In this document: piece by piece, positions 28,237-37,388 of the stretch | Numbering within the stretch: position 1 is the first letter of the stretch | How the letters are laid out: each line of letters opens with the position of its first letter | Sequence record: SRR20825019_433 | DNA length: 39,915 nt | Reading direction: 5' to 3' (one strand) | Notes under the pieces: generated by a model | Seen by the model: only the letters and a program-made list of their open reading frames with translations | What the model was told of the DNA's origin: nothing | The model's database searches: none | Made by a program: the position numbers and the translations under genes

Positions 28237-28575
28237 ATGAGAACCATCTTTCAGAAAATCATTGATCGTGAAATCCCCGCCAAGATCGCCCATGTGGATG
28301 ACCTCTGCATAGCCTTCCACGATGTGCAGCCTCAAGCCCCGGTTCACTTGCTGGTCGTTCCTAAAAAACTCATCACACGCATCGGCGAAGCCACCGCCGA
28401 AGACCAAGCCCTTCTCGGACATCTCCTCCTTACCGCCGGTAATCTCGCGAAAGAACTCCAACTCCACGCCGGCTTCCGCATCGTGATCAACAACGGTCCC
28501 CACGGCGGCGAATCTGTCCCCCACCTGCACGTCCACCTCCTCGGCGGACGCCAGCTCGTCTGGCCTCCGGGATGA
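28237..28575 (+). CDS. hinT: Histidine triad (HIT) nucleotide-binding protein
   Basis: TIFQKII, PQAPVHLLVVPK, GFRIVINNG, HLHVHLLGGR. Confidence 0.93.
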   Translation: MRTIFQKIIDREIPAKIAHVDDLCIAFHDVQPQAPVHLLVVPKKLITRIGEATAEDQALLGHLLLTAGNLAKELQLHAGFRIVINNGPHGGESVPHLHVHLLGGRQLVWPPG

Positions 28576-28584
28576 GCCAATCCA

Positions 28585-29424
28585 CTATTTCAACATGTGC
28601 CTTTCACGGTAACCTGTCGCATCCATCGCCGTGAAGGTGCGGAAGATTCGGGCGAAGTATTGACTGGAACTGAAACCGCAATCGAAGGCGATTTCCGTGA
28701 TGCTTATGGGCGTTTCTCGGAGGAGCACTTTCGCCCGATCCACTCGCAGACGATTAACCAAGACCATAGGACTGTCACCGGTGAGTTGACGGCACAGAGT
28801 GGTAAATCGTGAACGTCTCAAATTACATTGATCGGCCATCTCTTCGAGTGTCCACGCCTGCTCGCATTCCTGGCCCAATGTTTCGATAAAAGCCTTCACT
28901 CTGCGAACCGAGTCATTCTCAGATTCCACATGTTCTTCGCTGTTCTCAATACAGCGCCCAAGTTCCAAGATCGCTAATCGCCCCAACGCAGGAAGATAGC
29001 TTTCCGCATCGCTCGTCGGATTCGCGAGTTCCTGAACCAGCGTTTTCATCAACCACGCCGCCGATTGTGTCGCCACATGACAATGCAATTGGGAACGCAC
29101 CAACAAGGTGCTTATTCTCCGCGCTGTAGACTGCGGAATTCCTAACTCAGGATGAAAACCAAAACTTTTTCGCGGGTGATCCACCCGGCCGGTCAAGCCG
29201 AACTGCACCCAGTGCCAATAGTGCCCCGGCTCAAATTCATCCACACTCCCATGCTCTTCCCAGGGCAGAGAGAAAAACAGTGATCCCGCCGTCACACGTT
29301 CAACCTTCCCCTGGACATGCCAGTTAAGCGCTCCTTTCTCCAAATAGATGATCTCCAGACCATAGTCACGATGCGTGCTCAGGGTGCGGGCATTGCCCCG
29401 GCCAAAGAAACGAATACAATTCAT
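28585..29424 (-). CDS. AraC family transcriptional regulator
   Basis: N-terminal cupin (H..GLEIIYL..H) and C-terminal WTLEEMA..TGDSP..ITEIAFDCGFSSSQYFARIF. Start is uncertain. Confidence 0.92.
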   Translation of the reverse strand: MNCIRFFGRGNARTLSTHRDYGLEIIYLEKGALNWHVQGKVERVTAGSLFFSLPWEEHGSVDEFEPGHYWHWVQFGLTGRVDHPRKSFGFHPELGIPQSTARRISTLLVRSQLHCHVATQSAAWLMKTLVQELANPTSDAESYLPALGRLAILELGRCIENSEEHVESENDSVRRVKAFIETLGQECEQAWTLEEMADQCNLRRSRFTTLCRQLTGDSPMVLVNRLRVDRAKVLLRETPISITEIAFDCGFSSSQYFARIFRTFTAMDATGYRERHMLK

Positions 29425-29478
29425 CTGTGTGCAGGATCTACCACTAGCAAACATTGAACGCAAGACTGCCGATCACTG

Positions 29479-29487
29479 TGCTACGCT
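29479..29487 (+). promoter_or_regulatory. Candidate extended -10 element for the PhyH gene
   Basis: TG-c-TACGCT, 12 nt before the ATG, with no well-spaced -35. Consistent with activator dependence. Confidence 0.4.
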
Positions 29488-29499
29488 TTCCTTATCCTC

Positions 29500-30318
29500 A
29501 TGAAACTTACCCACGACCAAATCACCCAGTTCCGCAGTCACGGCTATGTCGCCGTTCCCGGTTTTTTTGACGCAAAGGAAACCTCAGCTCTCCAAGCCGA
29601 CATCGAGCGGCTGAAACGAAACAATTTTCTCCGCAATGTCGCCACAGACGGCGACGGCAGCACGACATCCGGCACCAAACAGAATCTCCAGCTCTGTCCG
29701 GCCAATTTTTACAGCACCCTGATCCGAGCCCTGCCCTTTGCTCCCAAGGTGATCGATGCGGTCACCCACCTCATCGGTGAAGAGATCACTCTCCATCTGG
29801 ACCAGATTTTTCTCAAACCCGGTAAGACCGGCATGGGCACTGCCTGGCATCAGGATAACGCCTATTTTAAAATACCCCAACCTTTGCGCGGCACCGCGAT
29901 GTGGATCGCGATCCATGATGCGACCATTGCCAACGGCACCATGCGAGTGGTGCCTGATAGCTACAACACGCTTCTCCCCCACGAGCGCGATGGAAATAGC
30001 GATCATCACATCCGTTGCTTTCCCGATGAATCGCACGCCGAGACGATCGAGCTCAAGGCTGGTGGGGTGCTCTTCTTTTGCTACGGAACACCTCACTGCA
30101 CTGGCGACAACACAACCGAGACCGAACGCGCCGGTCTCGCCTATCATTTCCTCTGCCACGATCAGACCAGCGAAGAATTCTATACCACCGGTCGCATCGG
30201 CAATCCTCGTCCCCGCCTAACCGGTCCGCACGCCACCGGCGGTTTCGAAGAATATGGTTCTGTCATCACGGGCACTTGGGCATCCGAGGTCACGAAAGCT
30301 CGCGCCAACACATGTTAG
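29500..30318 (+). CDS. Phytanoyl-CoA dioxygenase (PhyH) family oxygenase
   Basis: LTHDQITQFRSHGY, AWHQDNAYF, WIAIHDATIANGTM, TPHCT, ERAG. Confidence 0.9.
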   Translation: MKLTHDQITQFRSHGYVAVPGFFDAKETSALQADIERLKRNNFLRNVATDGDGSTTSGTKQNLQLCPANFYSTLIRALPFAPKVIDAVTHLIGEEITLHLDQIFLKPGKTGMGTAWHQDNAYFKIPQPLRGTAMWIAIHDATIANGTMRVVPDSYNTLLPHERDGNSDHHIRCFPDESHAETIELKAGGVLFFCYGTPHCTGDNTTETERAGLAYHFLCHDQTSEEFYTTGRIGNPRPRLTGPHATGGFEEYGSVITGTWASEVTKARANTC

Positions 30319-30365
30319 CCCCTGGCGTTAGAGTATTTTTATTAATCACATCGTATTCCCTGACA

Positions 30366-30461
30366 GTCATTCTGAACGCAGTGAAGAATCCAGCATGTTT
30401 CGCCTTGCAGAAAGAGCTTGGCGAAAATCGCACTGGATCCTTCGCCAAAGCTCAGGATGAC
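30366..30461. repeat. ~96-bp GTCAT-ended palindromic element (CGTC/GTCA-type REP-like) between convergent genes
   Basis: gtcattctgaacgcagtgaagaatccag pairs imperfectly with ctggatccttcgccaaagctcaggatgac, with an inner tttcgcc/ggcgaaa stem. Confidence 0.8.
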
Positions 30462-30506
30462 AGAGGTGCTTTGAGGGCAAAGCAGCTACAGATTAACTTC
30501 TCTGTT

Positions 30507-32018
30507 TTAGATCTTATCGTAAACGAATCGATCGATCTCCCGGCCATCATCATAGAGACGGGTCCGGGGGAAATAGGCGTCGTCGAACGGACGTGGTCGC
30601 GTGGGGCCACCCCAGCTTGATTTCTCAATCGTGCGCCATGCTCGACGCCCCCAATGCGGACCGCGCAAGGGATCACGGGTATCGCCCATCCAGGCGAGAA
30701 TCGCATCGTGCAGGCGGTTTCGAATCTCCGTGTATTCAGGATCGTTGATCGCATTGTTCAGTTCCAGAGGATCGGTTTTCAGATCATAGAATTCGTCCGT
30801 ATCAATCAGGTTAATCGACAGTTTATATCGCCCGGTGCAGACCGCCCGAATCGGGGCAAAGCCGCCAAACCCATCGTGATCGATTTCGAATCGATTGAAT
30901 TCCACAAAGATCTGCTCGTGGGTAGCGCGCAGAGGATCAGCAGCTTCAGTTAACAGTGATTTTCCGTGCAACAACGGTGGTTGCTCGACGCCGAAGAAAT
31001 CCAGAACCGTTGGCACCAGATCGATATGAGAAACCGGGTTTGTCGATACTGAGCCCGCGGTGATTTTCGAGGGGCAACGCAGGATAAACGGGATATTAGC
31101 AATCTCTTCGTAGAGCGCAGGGCCCTTCCCCATCAACCCGTGATGACCAAAGGTATCACCATGATCGGCCGTATAAGCGACGAGCGCATCGGGAGCATGT
31201 TCATCGATTGCCGCGATCACGCGGCCCACTTCGTGATCACTATAGCTATTGCAGGCAAAATAACGCGGATGCTTCAGCCATGTTTTGCCATCACGCTGAG
31301 TAAGATTCTGGCGACCCGTCACGTGTGCCGACCACTCCTGCTGCACCCGGGGCTTCGTGCTCAGATCATCGTCAGCATTGGGCACTTCCATTTCGAAATC
31401 ATCAAAAGCGCTGACAAAGGGCTCGGGACAAATAAACGGGTGGTGCGGTTCATCGATTGAAACCACGAGGAAGAAATCCTCGTCACGATGAGCTTCAATA
31501 AACGCCCGCGCCTTGTCCGCCGTGCGATGCGCATGCGTGAACTCGGCGGTGATGCCGTGCTTCGCCACCGATTCGGGATCGTGAACCTCGCGTGAGAGCA
31601 ATTGCGCCTTTTCGTCCGGCAATGACTCGAGATAGTTACGCCCATCAAACCAATACTCAGGGTCCCAGCCCGGAGGACAGCGGCCGTCACCGAAATAGTC
31701 AGATCCATCGAGATGCCATTTACCGATATAACCCGTTTTAAAACCGGCATCCTGCAAACGTTGACCAATCGTCGGGATATCGAGATGCGGCGCCATATCG
31801 TTGGCGAGCACACCATTCGAATGGGGATAGAGCCCGGTAAAGATCGCGGAACGGGCCGGACCGCAGACCGGGGCGCAAGTATAACCGCGATCAAATCGCA
31901 TCCCTTCACCGGCCAGACGATCGATGTTGGGTGTCCCGAGCGCCGGGTTGCCAGCATAGCAGCCAACCGTGAAGGTGCCTTGGGTATCGATCAGAAAGAG
32001 GACGGATTGGCGGGGCAT
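30507..32018 (-). CDS. Cys-type sulfatase, YidJ-like, no signal peptide
   Basis: DTQG, CGPARS (CxPxR), GKWHLDG-DYFG, WDPEYWFDG, DEPHHPF, ADHGD, EFNRFEIDHDGFGG. Confidence 0.92.
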   Translation of the reverse strand: MPRQSVLFLIDTQGTFTVGCYAGNPALGTPNIDRLAGEGMRFDRGYTCAPVCGPARSAIFTGLYPHSNGVLANDMAPHLDIPTIGQRLQDAGFKTGYIGKWHLDGSDYFGDGRCPPGWDPEYWFDGRNYLESLPDEKAQLLSREVHDPESVAKHGITAEFTHAHRTADKARAFIEAHRDEDFFLVVSIDEPHHPFICPEPFVSAFDDFEMEVPNADDDLSTKPRVQQEWSAHVTGRQNLTQRDGKTWLKHPRYFACNSYSDHEVGRVIAAIDEHAPDALVAYTADHGDTFGHHGLMGKGPALYEEIANIPFILRCPSKITAGSVSTNPVSHIDLVPTVLDFFGVEQPPLLHGKSLLTEAADPLRATHEQIFVEFNRFEIDHDGFGGFAPIRAVCTGRYKLSINLIDTDEFYDLKTDPLELNNAINDPEYTEIRNRLHDAILAWMGDTRDPLRGPHWGRRAWRTIEKSSWGGPTRPRPFDDAYFPRTRLYDDGREIDRFVYDKI

Positions 32019-32026
32019 AGGCAAAA

Positions 32027-33157
32027 TTAAGATCGGGCTTCAAAGTTTCCGTCAAGTCGTCGCGAAATCGCCCGCTTGAGTTCCAGCATCATCAAGAGCG
32101 GTGCCAAAGTCGCCGCATCCAGTTTCGTATGCTGCGTAATTTCATCGGGAGACAGAATAGCTCCACCGGCAAAACAAGTCATGACCTTCGCTTCATCAGG
32201 TGAGAGCTCAGCAGACGAAGATTCAGCCTCCTCCGAATTTTCTTTCTGAGGAATGGGAGCCGGACGCAGACCGTTGAGATAATTCAGCTCGGAGAGAATA
32301 TCGTCCACGCTTGTCAGCAGCGTCGCGCCATCGCGGATGAGTTGATGACAACCTTGGCTCGTCGCCTGATCAATTCGTCCCGGCACGGCATAAATCAAGC
32401 GCCCCTGTTCGCCAGCGAAACGCGCCGTGATCATCGAACCGCCATTCACATCGCTTTCCACCACAATAACCGCTTCGCACATCCCAGCCACCACGCGATT
32501 GCGCATCGGAAAGCTCTGCCGATCCGCGCGGCGGGTGAACGGAAACTCCGAGAGAATCGCCCCCTCCGCTTCGATCTGCCGATACAGATCCAGATTCTCA
32601 GGCGGATAAATGATATCGATCCCACATCCTAAAACCGCGGCCGTTTTTCCACCCACCGAAAGCGCCCCTTCATGCGCCGCCGTATCGATTCCCCGCGCCA
32701 GTCCACTCACGATGCAAAAACCCAATCGCGCCAATTCTGCTCCGAATTTTTTTGCGACACTCTGTCCATAGAGTGTCGTGCGGCGACTCCCGACGATCGC
32801 GATACAAGGCTGAGCAAATTCATAGGATCCCTTCCGATACAATCCAATCGGAGGATCACTGATTTCTTTCAACAGTGCCGGATAACCGGCATCGTCCTGG
32901 GTCACAAAAACCGTGTGCGCCTTCGCCATCCGCTCCTCCTCACGTTCGAGGTCAAAATGCTCGGTCCAATTCTTGACCGTCGCACTTATCGCCGGACCCA
33001 CGCCTTTGACCCTTTCCAATTGCCGGGGAGATGTGGTCAAAATTTCCCGCGGGTCACCGCCCAACTCCTCCAGTAATCGATTGAGCGAAATCGGCCCGAT
33101 ATTCGGCAGTGCATTCAGCACCATATAAGCTTGTCGGGTAGTCAGCTCACCGTTCAT
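32027..33157 (-). CDS. dprA: DNA-processing protein DprA (Smf)
   Basis: IAIVGSRRTTLYG, IVSGLARGIDTAAH, FPMRNRVVAG, GGSMITA, GCHQLIRDGA. Confidence 0.97.
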   Translation of the reverse strand: MNGELTTRQAYMVLNALPNIGPISLNRLLEELGGDPREILTTSPRQLERVKGVGPAISATVKNWTEHFDLEREEERMAKAHTVFVTQDDAGYPALLKEISDPPIGLYRKGSYEFAQPCIAIVGSRRTTLYGQSVAKKFGAELARLGFCIVSGLARGIDTAAHEGALSVGGKTAAVLGCGIDIIYPPENLDLYRQIEAEGAILSEFPFTRRADRQSFPMRNRVVAGMCEAVIVVESDVNGGSMITARFAGEQGRLIYAVPGRIDQATSQGCHQLIRDGATLLTSVDDILSELNYLNGLRPAPIPQKENSEEAESSSAELSPDEAKVMTCFAGGAILSPDEITQHTKLDAATLAPLLMMLELKRAISRRLDGNFEARS

Positions 33158-34650
33158 CCCCGTATTCTCAGCACCCCGCTAAGAAAGTCGAGCAACTGCG
33201 TGGTGCGCACGGCCGTCGCGCCGTGTTTTCGAGCCAGGGAATCCGCCGCCAAACCGTGCCAAGCAACTCCGCGGCAAGTCGCGCCAATCACATCATGCGG
33301 TGTCCGTGCGAGCTGCGTGCCAATCATTCCCGCCAGTAAATCGCCACTGCCACCTCTCGCGAGCACCGGGCCACCAAAGAGGCTGTGATACGTTTCCTGC
33401 CCGGCACTGATCCGCGTGACTGATCCTTTCAGCACCACGGTCGCGCCTGCCTCAATCGCGTAGTCGAGCAAATTTGATTCTCCCGCAATCCGCGCAAATT
33501 CACCGGCATGCGGTGTCAGCACCAGTGGACCGTCCGCAGCCGCAATCACCTCGGTTTGTAGCGCATCCGCATCGATCAGAATCGGCACCTGAACCATCTT
33601 CGCCAATTCTGCCGCCAGCGTCAAAGTCTCCGGTTCGCGCCCCACCCCCGGACCAATTACCAGCGCTGAAGCGCGATCCAATCGTTCGCGCAGCAAGTGC
33701 AATCCTTCCAGCGCGAGTCCTCCATCAGGTGTTTCCGGCCAGCCGACCCAAATCGCTTCCGGCACCTGCGCGGCAAATGCGGCGATCAAGGATTCCGGCA
33801 CAAACGCCGTAACCAATCCAGCACCGCTACGCAATGCCGCCGTAACTGCCATTAACGCGGCTCCAGGATAGGATCGAGATCCCGCGACGATAAACAAATG
33901 CCCCTGCCCACGCTTGTCTGTTTGCGCCTCTCGCCATTTCCGCAAGGGATTCAGGATCGAATCAGTCAGCACCAAATTTTCAGAGTTCGATTCCTTTCCC
34001 TGCTCAAAAAAGCCCAGATCTAGATACCGTAGCCGTCCCGCATGCGTTAATCCCAACAAAGGCGTTTTCACCACACCGGTCGCATAGGTAAAATCAGCAC
34101 GAAACGCACCTTCCTCACTTAAACCGCTGGGCAGGTCCACCGCCGCCCGCAGCAACACGTCAGCGTCATTGACAGCCGCAAATACCGATTGCGCCGCGCC
34201 TTCTTGCAACGGGGGGCGGAACTGAAAGCCGAAAACCCCGTCAAGACACACGGTATAGGAACCGTTAATCCCGTCGCGCGAAATCGGCGCAACCCGCTCA
34301 CCCGATTCGTTCTGAAAATCCTGCCAGGCTCGCAGGGCAAGCGGCTTGAGTGCACTCTCTCCAAAAACGAATATCACTTCAGCCACGGCATCACGAAAGC
34401 GCTTCAGCAGGGCGTGAGCTGCGATTAACGCATCCCCGCCATTGTGCCCCTTGCCCACCAGCACGAGAATGCGCGCCTCACGCGGGAATCGGCCGAGTTC
34501 ACGAAAATCACGGACGACCCCAGCCGCCACAGCGCGACCTGCCCGCTGCATTGCCGACCATTCCTTCTCCGCATCGCCTCCCAACAACGCAGCTTCCACG
34601 TCCTTTGTTTCCGCACAGGAAAGAATGGGGTGAGCGCTGGGGAGGTTCAT
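33154..34650 (-). CDS. nnr: Bifunctional NAD(P)H-hydrate epimerase/dehydratase
   Basis: YjeF_N motifs GKGHNGGDA and AVDLPSG; YjeF_C motifs GSRSYPGAA, IGPGVG, IDADAL, LTPHAGEF, GGSGDLLAG. Confidence 0.93.
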   Translation of the reverse strand: MNLPSAHPILSCAETKDVEAALLGGDAEKEWSAMQRAGRAVAAGVVRDFRELGRFPREARILVLVGKGHNGGDALIAAHALLKRFRDAVAEVIFVFGESALKPLALRAWQDFQNESGERVAPISRDGINGSYTVCLDGVFGFQFRPPLQEGAAQSVFAAVNDADVLLRAAVDLPSGLSEEGAFRADFTYATGVVKTPLLGLTHAGRLRYLDLGFFEQGKESNSENLVLTDSILNPLRKWREAQTDKRGQGHLFIVAGSRSYPGAALMAVTAALRSGAGLVTAFVPESLIAAFAAQVPEAIWVGWPETPDGGLALEGLHLLRERLDRASALVIGPGVGREPETLTLAAELAKMVQVPILIDADALQTEVIAAADGPLVLTPHAGEFARIAGESNLLDYAIEAGATVVLKGSVTRISAGQETYHSLFGGPVLARGGSGDLLAGMIGTQLARTPHDVIGATCRGVAWHGLAADSLARKHGATAVRTTQLLDFLSGVLRIRG

Positions 34651-34652
34651 GG

Positions 34653-35183
34653 TTACTTTTCGACTTTTGGCTTCTCAGGAGAACCCGAAGTCATCTCCCG
34701 AATCGAATCCGTAATCGAATTCCACGTCGCGGCATCGGTCTGTTTCAACCATTCTTCGCGTTGTTTTTCGGTTTCGGTAAACAGGAGTGGCGCATTCACG
34801 GAGACGCCGTGCGTGAGCACGGGACGCGTTAATCGGGCGATCGATCGATAGTAATACTCATTCCCGCTGCGCAGGACCTCGTAGAATCGTGAATATTGAT
34901 TGGTTTCGATATCCCACAACGCCAGTTCAGTCGTATCATTAAACCACACCGCGTAGCTTCCCCATTCTGAGAATACCGCTTCAATTTCGGTAAAATCCGG
35001 TTTCTTGAGATTGGCCACCAACGGCAGCGGGGAAGTATCCCGCACCGGCACTTCAATCACTTCCGGCGCCGGTTTCGGAAGAAACCAGACAAAGAGTGCG
35101 CCCAGCACAAAACCGATCAAAATCCACGAAGGCGTTTTCGAAAGACTGTTTGGCGAGGGGGTTCTGGTTTCGGTTTCTTCCAT
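34653..35183 (-). CDS. Hypothetical single-pass membrane protein
   Basis: SWILIGFVLGALFVWFL TM helix plus Pro-rich linker. Tightly packed between acpS and nnr. Confidence 0.75.
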   Translation of the reverse strand: MEETETRTPSPNSLSKTPSWILIGFVLGALFVWFLPKPAPEVIEVPVRDTSPLPLVANLKKPDFTEIEAVFSEWGSYAVWFNDTTELALWDIETNQYSRFYEVLRSGNEYYYRSIARLTRPVLTHGVSVNAPLLFTETEKQREEWLKQTDAATWNSITDSIREMTSGSPEKPKVEK

Positions 35184-35187
35184 GTGA

Positions 35188-35607
35188 TTAGCTGCGGATC
35201 AAAGTCGCGACCGCCATCGCGTGAGTTTCGGTATGTGACAGGGAAATCAACACACCCGTGCCACCGACTTCCTGCAAGAGGGATTCGGCCTTTTCATCGA
35301 GACGGATCAGGGGTTCCTGGCGTTCGCCATGATAAACGGAGATCGACGTCCAGTCCAGGTGCTCGCCGATTCCCGTGGTAAATGCCTTGGCGACCGCTTC
35401 CTTCGCCGCCCAGCGCGCTGCATAATGCTTCTGGGGATATTTCAGCGTGCCGCAGTAAGCACGCTCCTCGGCGGTAAAGGTGCGATCCAAAAATCGATCG
35501 CCATGACGTTCGAGAATCTGCGCAATACGCTCTACTTCGACAAGGTCGCAGCCCAAGCCGATCACCACCCCACCGGGCGGTAAAGATATGCCCATCGCGT
35601 TACTCAT
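35188..35607 (-). CDS. acpS: Holo-acyl-carrier-protein synthase
   Basis: GLGCDLVEVERI, AARWAAKEAVAKA, ISLSHT. ATGA overlap with pdxJ. Confidence 0.96.
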   Translation of the reverse strand: MSNAMGISLPPGGVVIGLGCDLVEVERIAQILERHGDRFLDRTFTAEERAYCGTLKYPQKHYAARWAAKEAVAKAFTTGIGEHLDWTSISVYHGERQEPLIRLDEKAESLLQEVGGTGVLISLSHTETHAMAVATLIRS

Positions 35608-36347
35608 GGGTTCATACGCGTTTTCATCTCGATCACAGCTTCCTCGATTCCCGTGAAGAGCGCGCGACTGATGATACTGTGTCCAATGTTGAGCTCGTGC
35701 AGATGCGGCAAGGTGCGCACTTCGGCGATATTCACGTAATTAATCCCGTGGCCGGCATTCACGGTGAGTCCGCATTCGTAACCCCGCACACAGCCGAGCC
35801 GGAGACGCTCCAATTCCTCCTCACGATCCTCCCCATAATACGCATTGGCGTAGGATCCCGTGTGCAACTCGATCCAGGGCGCACCGAGTTCAGCGGAAAG
35901 TTCGATCTGCGGTTCATCCGGATCGATAAAGAGACTGGTCTTAATGCCGGCTTCATTCATCGCATCCACGCATTCCTTCACGCGATCCTGATTCCCGACA
36001 ACATCGAGGCCGCCTTCCGTGGTCACTTCTTCGCGACTCTCGGGCACCAGACAGACCGAGTCGGGTTTCACTTCGAGCGCGAATGCAACCATCTCCGGCG
36101 TGCACGCCATCTCGAGATTGAGCCGTGTCGCGATGCTTTCACGCAGGCGCCAGATATCACGATCCTGCACGTGGCGACGGTCTTCCCGCAAGTGGGCGGT
36201 GATACCTTCGGCACCGGCTCGTTCGGCCAGTAGAGCGAGGGTCACCGGATCGGGCTCAACGAAACCACCGACGGTGGAGTCGGCTTGTTGGTATCGTGCT
36301 TGTCGCACCGTGGCACAGTGATCGATATTTATTCCGAGAAGAATCAT
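35604..36347 (-). CDS. pdxJ: Pyridoxine 5'-phosphate synthase
   Basis: LGINIDHCATVRQAR, HLREDRRH, NLEMA, TTEGGLDV, IELHTG, NAGHG, ELNIGHSII. Confidence 0.97.
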   Translation of the reverse strand: MILLGINIDHCATVRQARYQQADSTVGGFVEPDPVTLALLAERAGAEGITAHLREDRRHVQDRDIWRLRESIATRLNLEMACTPEMVAFALEVKPDSVCLVPESREEVTTEGGLDVVGNQDRVKECVDAMNEAGIKTSLFIDPDEPQIELSAELGAPWIELHTGSYANAYYGEDREEELERLRLGCVRGYECGLTVNAGHGINYVNIAEVRTLPHLHELNIGHSIISRALFTGIEEAVIEMKTRMNP

Positions 36348-36401
36348 GAGGCAGAAGTTTGACCTGATTAAGCGGGCGGTGATTCTCCATAGCAAAACGA
36401 A

Positions 36402-37136
36402 ATGCAAGAATTGCCAAATCCCTCCTCTGCTCCGAAGCGCGAGAATCTTTTTCTCAATATCATCTTCAATGTAGTCCTGCCGACCATGATTCTATCCTGG
36501 GCCAGCGGCGATAAATGGCTCGGGCCCACCTGGGGACTCGTGGTCGCCCTGCTCTTCCCCACGACCTACGGAATCATGGATTTCGTCAAGCGCCGGAAGT
36601 ATAACTTTATCTCGATCATCGGTTTTTCGAGCGTGCTCATCACCGGCGGCTTCGCGCTGATGCAACTCAACGCGTTTTGGTTTGCGGTCAAAGAAGCCGC
36701 GATTCCTGCGATTATCGGCCTTTCCGTGCTCGGCTCGATGCGCACAAAAATGCCCCTCGTGAAAGAGTTTCTCTATAATCCGCAGATCATGGATATCGCC
36801 CGGATCGAAACTCAACTCGATCTGCGAAACACGCATTCCCAATTCGCGGCACTGCTGCAAGGCGCCAGTCGCCTGCTGGCGTTATCGTTTTTTATCAGCG
36901 CGGTGCTGAACTATTTTTTGGCCCGCTACCTTCTGGTCAGCCCGCCCGGGAGCGAAGCGTTCAACGGCGATCTCGCAAAAATGCAGCTCTGGAGTTGGCC
37001 GGTTATCGTCGTGCCCAGCATGGCCATGATGATGTTTGCTCTCTGGCGCTTCATGAAGGGCTTGCAAACCGCCACGGGGCTGAAGCTCGAAGAGCTCATG
37101 AACGAAGACGCCGCCGGTAAAAAGCCAGTGGCTTAG
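36402..37136 (+). CDS. VC0807 family membrane protein
   Basis: ENLFLNIIFNVVLP, NFISIIG..LITGG, WFAVKEAAIP, SFFISAVLNYFLA, SWPVIVVP. Confidence 0.8.
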   Translation: MQELPNPSSAPKRENLFLNIIFNVVLPTMILSWASGDKWLGPTWGLVVALLFPTTYGIMDFVKRRKYNFISIIGFSSVLITGGFALMQLNAFWFAVKEAAIPAIIGLSVLGSMRTKMPLVKEFLYNPQIMDIARIETQLDLRNTHSQFAALLQGASRLLALSFFISAVLNYFLARYLLVSPPGSEAFNGDLAKMQLWSWPVIVVPSMAMMMFALWRFMKGLQTATGLKLEELMNEDAAGKKPVA

Positions 37137-37146
37137 AAATGAAGAT

Positions 37147-37172
37147 CCCCGCTGGCAAGCAGCGGGGCATTT
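37147..37172 (+). terminator. Hairpin, probable terminator
   Basis: ccccgctg-gcaag-cagcgggg, 10 nt after the stop, with only a weak T tail. Confidence 0.5.
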
Positions 37173-37187
37173 GAGAAATCCGCCACC

Positions 37188-37235
37188 TGTAGCCGGGTCG
37201 GCGACCCCGGACCGGTCTCAGCGAGGCCGGCTACA
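37188..37235. repeat. GTAG-type REP doublet (REPIN-like)
   Basis: tgtagccggg..ccccgg / ccggtctcagcgaggccggctaca: two inverted GTAG-tagged hairpins. Confidence 0.75.
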
Positions 37236-37279
37236 ACCAAGCCGAAGCATGTCGGGGTATCAGCCCCATGACGAATGAA

Positions 37280-37340
37280 GTAGGCTGCCCGTTTGCGGGC
37301 GCAGAGCCAATCACCAGGCGCGAGCAAGCTCGCGACCGAC
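37280..37340. repeat. Second GTAG-type REP doublet of a different sequence family
   Basis: gtaggct-gcccgtttgcgggc followed by cgcgagcaagctcgcg-accgac. Confidence 0.6.
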
Positions 37341-37388
37341 GACTTTCAATTCCTCGGGCTCAGCGAGCCGAGCTCTCGCAAACACAAC

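Noticed and set aside
30300..30335. attC-like ends (gccaac ... gttagag) at the end of the PhyH gene
   Set aside because: Too short for an attC site, and both boxes deviate from consensus.
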